From positions 3,906,001 through 3,970,000 of the forward strand of contig NC_079238.1 of assembly GCF_027921745.1 (NCBI RefSeq): a stretch of DNA of 64,000 nt. Reading direction: 5' to 3'. Source of the stretch: Schizosaccharomyces osmophilus (lineage: Eukaryota). Under the pieces are notes generated by a model. The model made no database searches. It worked only from the letters and a program-made list of their open reading frames with translations, and was not told the DNA's origin. This document shows, one piece after another, positions 11,167-25,992 of the stretch. The first letter of the stretch is position 1, and every line of letters starts with the position of its first letter. Both the position numbers and the translations under genes were made by a program.

Positions 11167-12429
11167 TGAATGAACCCGTTTCTTTTCGATGATCGTTTGT
11201 CCAACAATGAAGAAACTTCATTCTTGAATTAATAACAATAAACCACAAGATGAAACAACAGTCAATGTATTTCCCTTTCTCTTTATCACATTCGTATACG
11301 TTGTTGCTTTTTCAGAGTTTCTAGATCTGTTTAATGCTGTAGTATTTAATGGTATTTTTGAAGTAATATAACAACCTGGTCTACTTGAAGAAAGAAAACT
11401 GCCTGCAAGTTACCGAAATGATATTCGATGAGAGGCACTTTCTGATGCTACGAAGAGTTTCCCTCTCATCCACACACACTGAAACCATCAAGTGTAAAAG
11501 CATTTCGTGTTAAAGATCTTTCTGGACTTGAAACTGTCGGGATCTACTTGACCTGGAGAGACAAAGGTATCACCAGGAGCTTAGACTTATGTTATATCGG
11601 TTCACCTGGTGCACAAGCAAGCATGTATCAGTGAAAAAAGCACCAAATGATTTGTGCCTAAATTACACCATGCAAAAATTTTCTCACCAATCTATTTCAT
11701 TAAACCCAGTCCGAAATTCGGTCGTTCATACCCAAAGCAGTTTCCAACCCCTCCCCCAACAAACCACAATCAATATGGCATTTTTTACCAAAATAGAATA
11801 CATTGTTCATGAATGAATTGTTTTCATTCCTACTTTACACTCCAAAACTTGTTCTTTTTACTGAGTCTGGGATTTAAAAGTTGTTACCTCTCGACTGTTT
11901 TTCTGACATTAGAGGGCTCGTATTTATGTTTAGGTTGAAGGAAATCTCACGAAAAAAATCATCAGCAACATAAGTAGCCGAAATAAGGACAGATGAATAA
12001 CATTTTCGTGCAAAATAACTATATAAAAATACTAATTTTTCGTATTCTTGTAGGAACAGGGCATACAATCATTTACCAAAGGTATCGTTACCTAAAGCCA
12101 TTTCTGATCTGGAGTTGTACTCGCAAACAATGTGTGCTCCTTCTGCTAAGATTAAATACCTTAAAACAAATTTCATTTCTCATGACAGAAGTGAAAACAA
12201 AAGAAATTAGTTCTCAGCAAGCCATCAGCATAGCAATATCGTATTAAGTAATTTTTTTATGTTCGATATCGGTATCGTTGAATAAGCCAATTGTTTTTGT
12301 ACGTTGTAGTCTCATACATACTAATAGCACGGGCACCTTATAAGGCGTTATTATGGTTACTCTTTGAATTCTTTATGATGCGATTTTACCTACTACCGTC
12401 TACGGATGATAAAAACAAAGCAAGAAAAA

Positions 12430-13864
12430 ATGTCAGTTGTTGATATAAAAATTGGAAATAAATATAGAATTGGAAGAAAAATTGGGTCAGGATCTTTTGG
12501 GCAAATTTACTTGGGACTGAATGTCGTTAACGGAGAGCAAGTTGCAGTAAAGCTTGAGCCTTTAAAGTCCCGGCATCATCAATTGGAATATGAGTAAGTG
12601 CTTACAACTAAAAACGAAGTCAAATAAGCTGGTTTTCATTTTTTTTCATTTCGAGAACATCAAAGTAAACATATATTCACTGGCTTTCCTTTATAGCGAG
12701 GGTTGGCAATAGTGAAATATTTTTATGTATTTTTGTTTAGCTATTCATCTATGACATGAATTTTACGATGATTTTATTAACATGTTGAAAAGATTTCGAG
12801 TATATAACATCCTTAAAGGCAATATTGGAATCCCAATTATTCGCTGGTTCGGAATAGTAAACAATTATAACGCCATGGTTATGGACTTGCTGGGTCCTTC
12901 CCTAGAAGACTTGTTTTGCTACTGTGGAAGAAAGTTTTCCTTAAAAACCGTTGTTCTCTTAGCAGACCAATTAATCAGTCGCATTGAATATGTGCATCAA
13001 AAATCCTTCTTGCATAGGGACATTAAACCAGATAATTTTCTCTTGAAAAAACACAGCAATGTTATAACAATGATTGACTTTGGACTTGCCAAGAAATACA
13101 GAGATTTTAAAACTTACGTTCATATACCTTATCGAGATAATAAAAACCTTACTGGTACAGCAAGATATGCAAGTATTAATACACATATCGGGATTGAACA
13201 ATCGAGGCGCGACGATTTAGAATCTTTGGGATATGTGCTGTTATATTTCTGCCGAGGAAGCTTACCCTGGCAAGGCTTACAAGCTGATACAAAAGAACAA
13301 AAATATCAAAGAATTCGCGACACAAAAATCAATACCCCCTTAGAAGTACTGTGTAAAGGCCTTCCCGAGGAGTTTATTTCTTATATGTACTACACAAGAC
13401 AGCTATCTTTTACCGAGCAACCCGACTATAATTATTTAAGAAGGTTATTTCGAAACTTACTTATACGGAAAGGTATTCAGTATGACTATGTTTTTGACTG
13501 GATGATTCTTAAATACCAAAAGCGAGCCGCCGCCGCAGCTGCAACATCTGCTAATGCTAATAATGCAAATTTGACTCCTAACCCATATGGAAACCTTAAT
13601 ACCCTGCCATCTCCAGCAGTATCTCCTCCCCCTGCTGGCATCCCACCTCAAATAACACCTAGCCTAAAGAATTCACCTGGTCGTATAGCTACTGACCGGT
13701 TGCCGAAAACACCCCAGTCTTATTCTACCAATGTCGTCCAATGTAATTCCCCCACTCCCCTTCCTGGTCAACTTCGCCCAACTTCTCAAAATAATGATTT
13801 CAATATCGTCCATCCCTCCTTCCAGGCTTCTTACGCTTCTCATATTAAGAAACCCCATGAATGA
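12430..13864 (+). CDS. hhp2: Casein kinase I Hhp2
   Basis: [40 protein letters not shown] motifs; intron 12594-12792. Confidence 0.93.
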
Positions 13865-14809
13865 TGAGCATGCTCCTTAATTTTATACCTTTCAGTCGTC
13901 TATTTGAGAAATTAAAAGATAACCCGGATCATTATCGTTCGTTGTTCTGTTCCATAACTTTGAGTATGTTGTATACGCTTTCAGATGCTCTCCTACTAAT
14001 ATCACTTCTTGGTCTACATAATGTAAAACTTGCTTAATGCTTTTTATCATTAGAATTTATCTGACCGACATAAATCTTGTATTGTGAGAACTATTCCGGA
14101 TGTTTCGTTTCTCGCTTGTTACTTTATCCTTCTTCTTTTTCTTCAACTGCTCGACTTTCTTCCATTGACTCTTGCTTGGTTTTGTAATATGACTAATTTT
14201 TGCTTTTATACCAGCCACGAAGACACTGTTTAGTGCATTTGTGCTCTAATTTTGTCATTTTTTTTGTGTTCCATTCTATAACTATCAAATTAATCTGCAT
14301 CCTTTAATTTGGCGGTGTTTTTTAGCGATCGTTTACTTCCAAATGTTCATATTTGCAGTAACCTGGTCAGGCACCATCGAGAACAGTACTGGGAGTGTCA
14401 TTTCGTTGAGTATATTGAAACCTTAACCGAAGATATTATTTAATTATAGTAAACTGGTCTCAAGTATTTGTGAATGTTTCACTGGACTTTTTATTTATAT
14501 CACATTAGCAGTTGGAAGCTTTTATCTCAAATTTTACTTACATTGAAAACTACTCTTTATCGTAATGGATCATGCTTTCTTTTCTATTTTGTCTATTTGT
14601 TGACGCGCTTTTTCCAGTAGATATATAGAAAGTATGGACCAAATATATTGTCACTTGTTTTGTTACTCGTGTGTTGTTAAGCCAGCAGTGTTGGTATGGC
14701 TCGTATGTTGTGTATATAATTTATCTTCAAGACAATAGTAACCTGATCAAAACATATAATTGCATAAGGACCAAGTAAAAAGAATTTAAAAGAAGTTTTA
14801 CAATAATCA

Positions 14810-15259
14810 ATGGCTACAAGGTAAGTAAGATATGGGTGCTTTTAACTAACAAACAGATTTGGTAGAAGAAAAGATCGCAATGGGGACGTTTTGCCCTTGT
14901 ATGAAACTAAACCATCACCGCATCTGGACGATTTGGAGAGCGTTAACGAAAATCGAATTGCAAACTTAACGGGAAAAGTACAGTCTTTGAAATCGGTGCG
15001 TAATACAACTAGAATTTTAAGAAAAATCATGTCGGGCAAACTAACACATATTTAGATGACGATGGATATTGGTACAGAGATTACTTCGTCTTCAAAGCTG
15101 ATGGATACAATGAATGAATCTTACTTCACTACGCAAAACGCGCTGAAGGGCACAATGGGACGATTGAAGAAGGTTTCCAAAAGCAGTGGCATCTCCATAT
15201 GGACCTGGTTAGCTTTCTTTTGTATAGTGGCATTGGTGTTTGTCTTGGTTCGATATTAG
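14810..15259 (+). CDS. bet1: SNARE Bet1
   Basis: Exons 14810-14820, 14857-14995, 15056-15259. SNARE helix (LESVNENRIANLTGKVQSLKSMTMDIGTEI) and C-terminal TM segment. Confidence 0.88.
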
Positions 15260-15981
15260 GACCCAGCCATGGTTTTCGGTATGGTAGTAGGTTTGGCTGA
15301 TTTTATCGAATAAAGGGCTGGTCCCTTGAATGCTTCTTATTCCCAGGAACGATTTTTATTATGTTTCACTAGGACGACTATATGGTCGAAAATCTATGCT
15401 CTCCGTTAAACTCAGTATGATATATCTGATGAGTTAAGCATTGCTATGAATGATATTCAATGGCAAGTTATTCCTGCGAATTCGCATATTCTATGTATAT
15501 ATCATATATTTTGGGATTCTATTCTTGTCGATGTTTTATTCTCTTGTCCTGTCTAATGTTTTATATCGATTTAGAAAGTATGATTTTGAATATGAACCCA
15601 TGATGGCGCTCTTTTTCCTTTCGATTCAATGTGTAAGTATGCTTTATGAATGAAATGAAACTTTACGTAAATGACTAGCTCGACTGGAAATTCTATACTA
15701 GAAAATTGCTGCCCGTAATTGAGATTCATATTTAATAATACTTTGTATTTTCATAAAATCTTTTATTATTTTTCCTGTAACGAAAATAAAATCATTTGGC
15801 GTTTACACTCCGTTGTTTTCCGTCACTACCATATGCCTTGTAGTTATACTTAGGCCTTAAAACGAGTGAGCTTGTTCGAATTGAACTTTAAGATAAAAGC
15901 TGGTGTCAAGTTTTTTTGTTTGGAAATAGAATCGAACCGTTTTGTTTATGCATCATTCAACAGGCACGTTTGTATATTAAA

Positions 15982-17512
15982 ATGCTAGCTATCCGAATTC
16001 TGCTCTTCCTATCCATAGTCATTTTTATCAATTCTAGGAGAACTGCAAAAAATAAACGAATAATAATTCTTGTTTTGGGAAGAATTGACCAAAGTCCGCG
16101 TATGCAATATCATGCACTAAGCTTTGCAAAAGAAGGTTGGAAAGTTGATTTAGTCGGATATCAAGGTACGTAAACAGTTAAAGCATGCTAAATGAAGCAA
16201 ATGAAGACGCTACCAGAAGTCTTAGCTGCATTTTTATTGCGTGTTCCTCCATAAAAGTCATTCCTGCGTCTTCTAACTCAATTAATTAATGTAGACAAGA
16301 AAGGACCTGGTTTGTTTCGGAATCATCCAAATATAAAAAGCCATGCAATACCGACTCTTCCTGAACACCTTGCTTTTCGTTCGCGCTTATCCTTCCTACT
16401 AATTGCACCGGCGAAAATACTTCACCAACTATTGTCACTCCTTTTCATTTTATTTAAAATAAAGCAAGCATCCTACCTCCTTGTTCAAAATCCTCCTTCA
16501 ATCCCCACATTCTTTTTGGGACACGTCCTTTATTTGTTACGCGGGACTCGCTTTGTTATTGACTGGCATAATTTTGGGTATACTATTCTTGCTCTTAAAT
16601 TAGGGAAGCAACATCCATTTGTAAAAGTTTTGCGCATATATGAGCGTGTACTTGCCAAAGGTGCCTTTTGTCATATAACTGTTTCCCATAGCATGCAGCA
16701 AGTATTGGAAGGATGGGGACTTCGGTAAGGATTTTATGAATGTTTCCCACGAAAATACTAACGAACAGCCCTTGTCATGTTTGTTATGACCGCCCGCCAA
16801 CTCACTTTCAGCCTTTACAAGCTGCAGCTCGAAAGTCTAATTTGCAAGTAATCCCTGCCGATTTCGACCCCAGAAAAGAGAAGCTTTTAGTTACTTCTAC
16901 ATCTTGGACTCCTGATGAGAACATATATGCCCTTTGGGATGCTCTTAAAATGTACAGTGAAACTCAAAATGCTGTACCGCTTCTCGTTCTTGTTACTGGT
17001 AAAGGGCCAGGAAAGGCCGATTTTGTAAATCACATACAAGAGAACCGTCTCGAAAAAGTTCGGTTTTGTCTACCTTGGTTTAGTTCTGAAGATTATCCTC
17101 GAGCTATCGCATGCGCAGATTTTGGAGTTTCTCTTCACCAAAGTTCTAGTGGCTACGACTTACCTATGAAAGTAGTAGATTTATTTGGATGTGGTGTTCC
17201 CGTTGTCGCTTGGAATTTTCCTGCTATTTCTGAGCTTGTTCATGATAATGAAAACGGTTTCATTGTTGACGATTCCGTCAAGCTTTATAAAAAAATTGAG
17301 GTACGTGAAGGCAGCTGAACCAAATTTTAGGAGTTTTATTGATTTTTTCTTTATTTTCTATTCAGTGTTTCTAATTTTTACTATAGATGCTTTGTTCTGA
17401 TGAACGTATACTTCGATCTGTACGACAAGGTGCTCTCGAGGAATCTAAACTTCGTTGGGACGATGAATGGATAAAGACAATCCCTAATTTGTTTATTGTA
17501 GAATCTAGTTAG
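15982..17512 (+). CDS. alg1: Beta-1,4-mannosyltransferase Alg1, 4 exons
   Basis: [48 protein letters not shown] motifs; introns 16166-16294, 16725-16768, 17301-17386. Confidence 0.93.
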
Positions 17513-17796
17513 TTCTTCGTTATATTAATGAAACAGACATGCGTTTATCAATTCTTAGTTTACAGCTTTGATATAAAAATATTATATTTACATTTTCGGT
17601 GAAATCCGGTGAACTCTCTTGGACTTGACCGAATTTACCGAAGAACTTCCACCAAATTTTCATCGATGAGTACCGTCTTCGCGCCTTAATTGCCTTGTCG
17701 GTACCTCCAATTACCTTTTTCTTCTTTAATTAGCTGCTGAAGGGAATCAAGCATTGCAAAATAACAGAGTGATTAAATAATAAAGTTGTTTTAAGG

Positions 17797-18590
17797 ATGT
17801 CGGCGGACGAAAGAAACATTGTCAAAGTTTTTCGAGCTTGGAAAACAGCTCATCAGTTGGTTCACGATAGAGTAAGATACAGATGAAAAATACTTTGTTT
17901 TATCAGTTTGCTAACTAGACAAAAAGGGATATGGCGTCTCTCAAGCAGAGCTTGATCTCACATTGGACCAATTCAAAGCAATGCACTGTGGTATGGGCCG
18001 CAACTTGGAGTAAGTCTATATTCTTCTCTCTCTTGTAAAAAAGGACGACTTTTCCCTTTTTATGAGAAAGTATAATGTCTGAAATCCGATTAAGTTCTAA
18101 CACCATTTTGCTTAGTCGTTCTACTTTGAGTTTTTACGCCAAACCTCCAGCTGGTTCTGACAAAGGCACGATTTATGTGGAATTTTCGAAAGAGCCATCA
18201 GTAGGTATAAAAGAAATGCGTACTTTTGTTCATACCTTAGGGGATCACAATCACAAGACAGGCATTTTAATCTACGCTAATTCCATGACACCAAGCGCTG
18301 CTAAGATTATTTCAACTGTCACAGGTCAATTTAGCATTGAAACCTTCCAAGAAAGTGATCTTATTGTTAACATCACACATCATGAGCTCGTACCAAGACA
18401 TAATTTACTTACTCCGGACGAAAAGAAAGAGCTTTTGGATCGTTACAAGCTCAGAGAAACTCAACTGCCTCGTATTCAATTAGCTGATCCTGTGGCAAGA
18501 TACCTTGGTTTGAAGCGTGGCCAGGTTGTTAAAATTGTACGAAAAAGTGAAACTAGTGGAAGATATAACAGTTACCGTATTTGTGCCTAA
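17797..18590 (+). CDS. rpb5: RNA polymerase I/II/III shared subunit Rpb5, 3 exons
   Basis: [32 protein letters not shown] motifs; first exon [25 protein letters not shown]. Confidence 0.95.
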
Positions 18591-19076
18591 ACAAAAGATT
18601 GGATATACTTTAGATTTTTAATATCTCTATTTTGCTGGCTGTGCACAACGTTCTGTTTCGAGGAAAAGATGTTTGAAGCTGGAGAATACGCCTCTCTTCC
18701 TAAATTAGAAAAAAATGGAAGTGTGAGATTGACTACGAGTACGCTTCTTTAAAGTGAAAGGAGTATAATCGAGTTTTGATTGTTGTTAGAAAGAGAGTTT
18801 ATTTTCTATATAAGTTTTTTGACATTTAAATCATTAGATTAGGAGGCTCTGTTTATGTTCCCTCTTCTGACTTCGTCTTTATGGGGTTCAAGTTTTAATA
18901 AAAGGTAAATGGGTTATAATGTTTCGATTTTTCCAGTCATGAAGTAAGAACATAAACACATACTTATGTTATAGTATATTTGTGATGGTGTCTAGGAGAA
19001 ATAAATTGAAATACATAAGTCATAACTTCTCATTATTAGCATTTAAATATAGGGGCATTAAAAGCATTGCTTCCGT

Positions 19077-20348
19077 TTATTTCTCATCATCGGGAAATTC
19101 CCAAAGATAGCAGTCCACACAATTTGGCGTGTGGGCACAGACAGGTACCTCGTCGTAAGTATCAATCACATCGTTTAAAACACTTTGCATACGGTGATGT
19201 GTTAAAGAAATATGCCAACCTTTATCCTTGGCAACATCGTAAAGGCATTCTTGGCCCGTATGACATTTTGACTCCATAGCATAGCCGCCAGCCCAACATA
19301 AAGTAGTAGGCCCAACACATACACCCAAGAAAATCGGATCAGCAGTATGGCCAATGTGCCAAATATGACTTTCCTCGTCAGGAAGTCCAGGAGGCATAGG
19401 AAGATGAAGACGACGAGCAGCCAAAAGCTCTCCCGGAGCTTCAAACGTGACGGTAGGAATGCCAAAAGATAAACCCATCAATGAAGCAGTGGCGCCTCCT
19501 AAAGAATGACCAGTCAACCAAATCTGGGCTTCAGGATATAGTTCTTTCAAATTGTAATATATATCAAGAGAAGCGGAATAGTACCTAGTAGCAGATTGTA
19601 TTTCATCCTCTAAGCAAGTTTGACGACAAGTGTAGGTACTTTTGTAACAGTCGCATACAGTCGTCCATGCCCAACTTACTCGCGCACAACAGCAAGAAAA
19701 TAGCAAGTTATCGTTTATACGATCCTTTTGAGACGTTCCTCGACCAATGCCGTATATAGAAGTGCCCTTCATAGAGATAATTATAGTAGAGTTGTCGTTA
19801 TTGGAAAACACATGGCCTCGGAGACCATCTTCATCCCAACCAAAGCCTTCTGGAGGTGTTATATTCCAATCCGGACCAATGTCAAGCCAATCGCCATCGA
19901 ATGGAATCTTTTGATATGCATTAAAACTCATTTTTCCAAGAGAATAAACTGTTGCCTTATCCGTAACATCCGGCAATACAACCTTTTTCTTAGTCCAAAT
20001 ATCCGTTAAGGATTGTTCGGCATGCAAACCACGCATGGAGCTTTCACGGTAATTATTCAATGATTCACGAGTCTGATTTTTTAAAGACGTTGCATTCGAG
20101 TTCTTCATTTTCAGCTGGAAAACATTGTTACTACTTTCATATACATCTTTCTTGTGTATATCTAATCGATACTGTTGATTATACTGCTCATTTAATCCGT
20201 GATGAAATACGTGTCGCAGTTTAACGTTGACAAAGTCGTCGGAAGGTTGAAGTTTTTGAACTTGTTCATCTGAAATCCGAAATGAGTTACAAACTTGTGA
20301 GATTATGGATATCACAGTGATCCAAAAAACAAAAGATGAATGCAACAT
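19077..20348 (-). CDS. atg15: Autophagy lipase Atg15
   Basis: N-terminal [35 protein letters not shown] motifs. Confidence 0.93.
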   Translation of the reverse strand: MLHSSFVFWITVISIISQVCNSFRISDEQVQKLQPSDDFVNVKLRHVFHHGLNEQYNQQYRLDIHKKDVYESSNNVFQLKMKNSNATSLKNQTRESLNNYRESSMRGLHAEQSLTDIWTKKKVVLPDVTDKATVYSLGKMSFNAYQKIPFDGDWLDIGPDWNITPPEGFGWDEDGLRGHVFSNNDNSTIIISMKGTSIYGIGRGTSQKDRINDNLLFSCCCARVSWAWTTVCDCYKSTYTCRQTCLEDEIQSATRYYSASLDIYYNLKELYPEAQIWLTGHSLGGATASLMGLSFGIPTVTFEAPGELLAARRLHLPMPPGLPDEESHIWHIGHTADPIFLGVCVGPTTLCWAGGYAMESKCHTGQECLYDVAKDKGWHISLTHHRMQSVLNDVIDTYDEVPVCAHTPNCVDCYLWEFPDDEK

Positions 20349-20707
20349 TGGATACCCTTTTAAACTAAGTCGACTTTAACAGATAATAAAGAAAACGCCA
20401 ATTCTAAGGTTTCTTATATATATATAAATTATCTTCCAACTGCTTTGACTAAATCATTCAATGGCTTTCTTTAAATTCGCATACTTGGCTAAGGGATTGT
20501 TGTTTCTAAGCACCATTTGTAAACAATGGTACACTCTATATCGCTAGATGTCAGTATCTAGCTTATCATGTTTGGAATACTTCACTAAATATTTAACACA
20601 GGAGGGTAACATTTCCTATAGGGTGTAACAGAATGAAACGATACATCACCAAAGCTTGGTTTTACTATCGATTTAGGCTACTTCAAGCTTTGAAAATTAC
20701 TTCAAGA

Positions 20708-23047
20708 ATGGGAAAAAAAAGTAATAAGGTAAAGTGATCATTTGATACGTTGAATTAACCAGAGAAGCCTACGCAAGGCAAGCGTGCTTATAATGATAAA
20801 AGAGAGATCGTGCTTGAGTAAGTAGTTTCATTCTAATTGCTTTATCAAAAACATTCGAGACGTATCTTGAATTTCCAGTGAAATAGAATGTCTTTTAAGG
20901 ACGGGAAGTACTAACGGTTTTTTCTGTAGAAACGAAAAGTTTGAGAGCTATTACCGTAAACAGAATATCTTTGGTAACAACGCCGAATCCGAAAATGAAT
21001 TTCAAACATTGATGGAGTTTCTTAAAAAACCATTACCTACAACTTTTCGAATTTGCGGGTATCTGCAACATGCCTTTGAATTAAAAAATCACTTCGAGAA
21101 ACACTATATTCCCCAACTCCAGAATGTCGAGTTTGAAGGGACAGCAATTCCAGCACCTGAAATTATCCCTTGGTATCCAAATCAACTGGCTTATAGCATT
21201 GATGCTAAGAAAGAAATTATTCGCAAGAGCCCGCCTTTTAAGCGTCTTCAACGCTTCCTTGTGAGCGAAAATGAAGCTGGAAACATTAATCGTCAAGAGG
21301 CTGTCAGTATGCTACCTCCCTTGTTTTTAGACTTGCTTCCACATCATTTGGTGTTGGATATGTGTGCTGCACCAGGATCAAAAACTGCTCAACTTATCGA
21401 AGCCATTTATAATCAAGCTCATGTGAAAGACGCCGTCAAAGACAGTGCTAACCTAAGCTCTCTTCAAGGACTCATTATCGCTAACGATGCAGATCCAAAA
21501 CGTGCTCAAATGCTTGTACACCAAATAAATCGGTTGAACTCCCCTAATGTATTGGTAGTAAATCATGATGCTTCAACTATGCCGAATGTTATCATTCCTT
21601 CTTCTTCTTCAGATGAAGCTAATGAGAAAGAAATTTTAAAGTATGACCGCGTTTTGGCTGATGTACCCTGTTCTGGAGATGGCACATTCCGTAAAAATAT
21701 TTCCTTATGGAAGGACTGGAGCGCAACTAGTGGTTTGAGTCTCCATCCACTTCAATTAAGAATTCTTATCCGTGGTCTACAACTTTTAAAGGTTGGTGGT
21801 TACATGGTTTATTCTACTTGCTCTATGAACCCTATTGAAAACGAAGCAGTAGTATGTGCTGCTTTAAAGGCTACGGGTGAATCCGTATCTCTAGTAGACA
21901 TCTCAGAAAAGCTTCCAGAATTGAAACGCGAATCCGGTCTATCTAATTGGAAGGTCATGGATGACACTCTTCAAGAGTACAGTTCTCCTGAAGATTCTCA
22001 TCCGGAAAACGTCACCCTTGCCTCTACTATGTGGCCTCTGTCAATGGATGAAATGAAGAAACAACACATAGAACGATGGTACTTAATTTTACTGATAGTT
22101 TTTCTGTTTCTAACCTGATTTAGTGCACGTATATATCCTCAGCATCAAAACACTGGAGGTTTCTTCATCGCTATGTTGAAGAAGGAAAGTCCTTTGCAGG
22201 CGCATAGAGTTGATGCTTTAAAGAAACAAGATGAAAGGCCAGAACTTAAACGTCAAAAACTTGATAATGAAGCATCTGTGTCGACTTCCGCTCCCCAGCC
22301 CGTTACCAAAACTGGTAATAATTACTTTGACGAAGAACCGTTTGTTTATATTAAACCAGATGACGAAAGCATTTCTTCTGTCTCGTAAGTTTTAGATAGT
22401 GTTCTAAGTTCTCTTAAGCTAACCCCTAAGGAATTTTTATGGTTTAGATCCTAAATTTCCTCGTGACCATTTCTTTGTTCGTAATCAAAGTGGCACACCT
22501 ACAAGGTCTGTGTATTTTGCGTGCTCCCTGTTCAAGAAAATTATAGAGAACAACATTAATCGTGTGAAGTTTGTACACGGCGGAGTCCGCTTTTTTGTCA
22601 AACAAGATATCAGTCCTTTGCTTAAAAGTAATGAGTCGTTGGAAGTCAACAAGGATATCTGTAATTTCCGGATCCACAGTGATGGTGTTAATATCATTAG
22701 CCCATATTTAGACGAAAAGTTCTTCTGTGATGCTGATCTTGAAGATTTAAAAATACTAATGAAGTACGATTATCCTCGTTTGGAACAGTTTCCCGAAAAT
22801 GGCAAACTGAAAGTAGGATCCGAAAAAATGGTTTTCGGGTGTAACATAGTTCGCGCTCATGCCAAAACTGAGGATGGATCACTTACCGATATGCGCATTT
22901 TACTGCCTGTTTGGCGAAGCCCAAATAGTTGCAACTTAATGCTTGCCAGAAAAGAAAAACAGTAAGTCTAATTTGAAAACGTTTTTTATAGCAAGGTACT
23001 AATAATCTACTAGGAATTTAGAGTTGGAGTTATTTGGAATGGATTAA
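20708..23047 (+). CDS. trm402: tRNA (cytosine-C5) methyltransferase, NCL1/NSUN2 family, 6 exons
   Basis: RQEAVSM, DMCAAPGSKT, DVPCSGDG, YSTCS.NP.ENEAVV motifs; five canonical introns join the ORF fragments. Paralogue assignment is by synteny. Confidence 0.88.
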
Positions 23048-23150
23048 ATATAAGGGTTTTGAATAAAATAAGCGTTTTTGGGATAAAGAAACGGTAGGTT
23101 GAAAAAAGTAATAATAAAAAGTTTTTTGTAATAAAATAAACGATCAGCTT

Positions 23151-25211
23151 TTACCTCGGTCGTAAATTACGTTTTTCCTTAGTTATTAGGATAGAGGTAT
23201 TATCCTGAGAAGAAAACTCATTAATCAATGGAAAAGAATCATTAAAATTTGACGTCAGCTGAGCATATATTTTTTGCTTTTCTCTTTGTGCGTCAGGATC
23301 AATGTAGGACACACTTTCTTGTTCTGGTTTACTTAGTGTATCTTCTTCGCTCTGAACGGCCATCAAACGAGTGTTAGAATCAGTGGTTGGTTCTGTTATG
23401 GATCGAAACCGTTTGGTTGGAGATTCTTTTGAACTTGAATCACCATCATTAAAAGTTGTCTTAGACCTTTGTGGTTGTTTCGCCGAATTTCTGTAATGCT
23501 CAAAAATAAAATCTGGTGCAGGGGTAGACTGAGCATTTGGGAAAATAGTAAATGGTGCATCATCTTTAAGTATGGAGTTGTCATTTGGAAGAGCAATCTT
23601 ACGTAAATGCTCAAACCTTTTGAGTTTCTGATTTTCCTTTTTATCAATTGCCCATGGTGATACGTTCTCAGTAAATTTGCCAGTCTGGTAAATGTACCAT
23701 AGCCATGATATTCCTAGCACACGAACATTCCAACCAGTGGCATGTTGTAATTTATATCTTGTTTTCATGCTAAAGGGTTCATTTGTATTTACAAGTAGTA
23801 CGCTTCTTTGTACACCCAAAAAGTTATCCACAGTCGCTCCACAAAGGATCAATGCCTTTTTAAGGTGAGAACTGTCCACGCCTTTGAATCCAGAAAGATG
23901 AAGGCTTAAACCTGCAAAATCCTGATTGAAATAAGTATGATAAAACGGTTTTGATAGTACATGCTCATCAACAGGGAGTACCTTTTTATAGAATAAGCAC
24001 CTTTCAACCCACCATTCAGTTATCGTTGGGACCGAAAAAGAAGGAATTTCTTCAATTGGTAGGTGATGAGGGACAATGACAAAGTTGGTTGTATCTTCAA
24101 CGGTCGACGAAATATGCCCTCCTTCTCTATTCAAACACTTCTTCAAGCGATTGTATTTATCTTCTTCAAATTGGTATAGCAAGAAGTGAATTTTGTCAAA
24201 TAATCGAGGTTCTGTATTTATTTCAATATTTGTAGACACTTCTTTCTCCTCGGGTGCCTGAAAAACTTCTGGTGTAAATTCATCCAGTAAGGATACATTT
24301 TGGGCAGCAAATGAATTTTCCAAATCTCTTGTATTTAATTCACTCCAAAGAATACTACTTTCCCTTTTCTTGCCACGTTTCATAACAACTGGTTCAAGCT
24401 CTCCCTCATCGGGGTTATGCTTTTTATTAATGAAAGTTAGGTCAGATAATAATTCCTCATCATGAGCCTTTGGATTTTTATTGTTTTCCTCGGGAGCCAG
24501 TTTTATATAAGCACCATGTCCAATGCGATCCGGAGGCATATCCATTTTAAAGTATTCTGGTTCTAAGACGGCACCTCTTGATATAGATTCCCATAACCAT
24601 TGAACACTGACAACCTTGATCTTCCACCGAAGAGCATATTCATACTTCCGACCAGCAGTATTCCCAGCAATTAAATGTGTGACATCGCGAGTTAAATCAG
24701 GACAAAATGTACCTCCGTTTTCACAAATAGTATTTTCAAGTTGAAATCTATCTGGTTGCTCTATATTTGTAAGACACACCCGACATTTGAATAGAGCTGG
24801 CAAAGTAAATTTGCTGATGAGTAAATCAGACTCCAAATCTTCACCTTCGACCCAACGATCATAAAGCCTGGGGATCCATTCATGAGACACAATTTTCATA
24901 TCTGGTCTAGATTTTGCAGCAAACTAAAGTAATCGTGTTAGAAAAAGCGCCTGGAAGCAATCATTATACCTTATACTTGGGGGTATCAAAGTCACCAGCA
25001 ATTAAATGAGTTACATCTTTCGTCAAATCGGATTTGTAGGTGGCGCCAAGCTTAATCGCTTTAGTTGAAATCTCCGTCTATTTATGAACGGTCAGTGTCT
25101 AATGTTTCGAGATTCCCATTTGAAAGGGCCTGTACATTTACTTACGCGTTTATTTAACTCAATATTAGTACAACATATAACGAAACCCTTAAGTGGTTTT
25201 CTAGAGCTCAT
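23151..25211 (-). CDS. rad4: BRCT protein Rad4/Cut5 (TopBP1/Dpb11), 3 exons
   Basis: Starts MSSRKPLKGFVICCTNI; DFTKDVTHLIAGDFDTPKYK; four BRCT repeats; two 5' introns. Confidence 0.93.
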
Positions 25212-25992
25212 CCTACCGTTTCAAAACATAAGAGTACAGTAGATGGCAAGCCTGGCAAGTACTTGCAAGAAAAACACGTCGCTGAACTGAAGACACTTCA
25301 AATAGTAGTTATTTCCTTTCGAATAAATATAAAGATGTATTTGTTTTTCTGTAAACTGTCTTAGATATTCTGATATTATGGTAAAAGATGTCAAAGTTCA
25401 GAAAAAATAAAGGTCTAACTGTAGAGGTAACGAAAGTATTTATTTCTTCCTTGTTTACGGCTTTTTAGCGCATGGGTTAATGTGCCTGGATTTACAGTAA
25501 ATGAGACCATTTCGGCTTTTTTAATCCATAACTTTTATACCTCCAATGCTTTTTGATGGATTGAATTATTTCCAGAGTATAACAGTTAGCTGCTCAATAT
25601 ACCTTACAGTCGTAAGCACACAAAAGCGTATAGTTTCTTGGTATTTTAGGTACGAAAGTACCATAAATCAACGTTTCAGTTTCATTTTATTATTCAAACT
25701 ATTCATGAATTAGAACCAAAGACACTGTTAGTAAAAAACTTGCAATAGTGTTTTTACAATTGCTCTAATGTTTTTGACCGGTCTCTTGTTACCTCGTTTG
25801 TAACTTATACAAGGAAACAATTGTGGACTACAAGCGTAAGTAACAAATACTACAATTTTGACTTCTTCTAATACCACAATACAGCGGCAAATCTTGAAAT
25901 TGGGTAGAAAAGGCCTTCATTTTCGCTGAAAAAAACAATTCTTTAATTATAGACCGGAGGAATTGCTTTAAATTCCCCGATAATACGTCGCA

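Noticed and set aside
11440..11830. Open frames between atp18 and hhp2, one faintly like an RT connection segment (PSSVKAFR...SGL)
   Set aside because: No start context or splice support, and the similarity is too weak.
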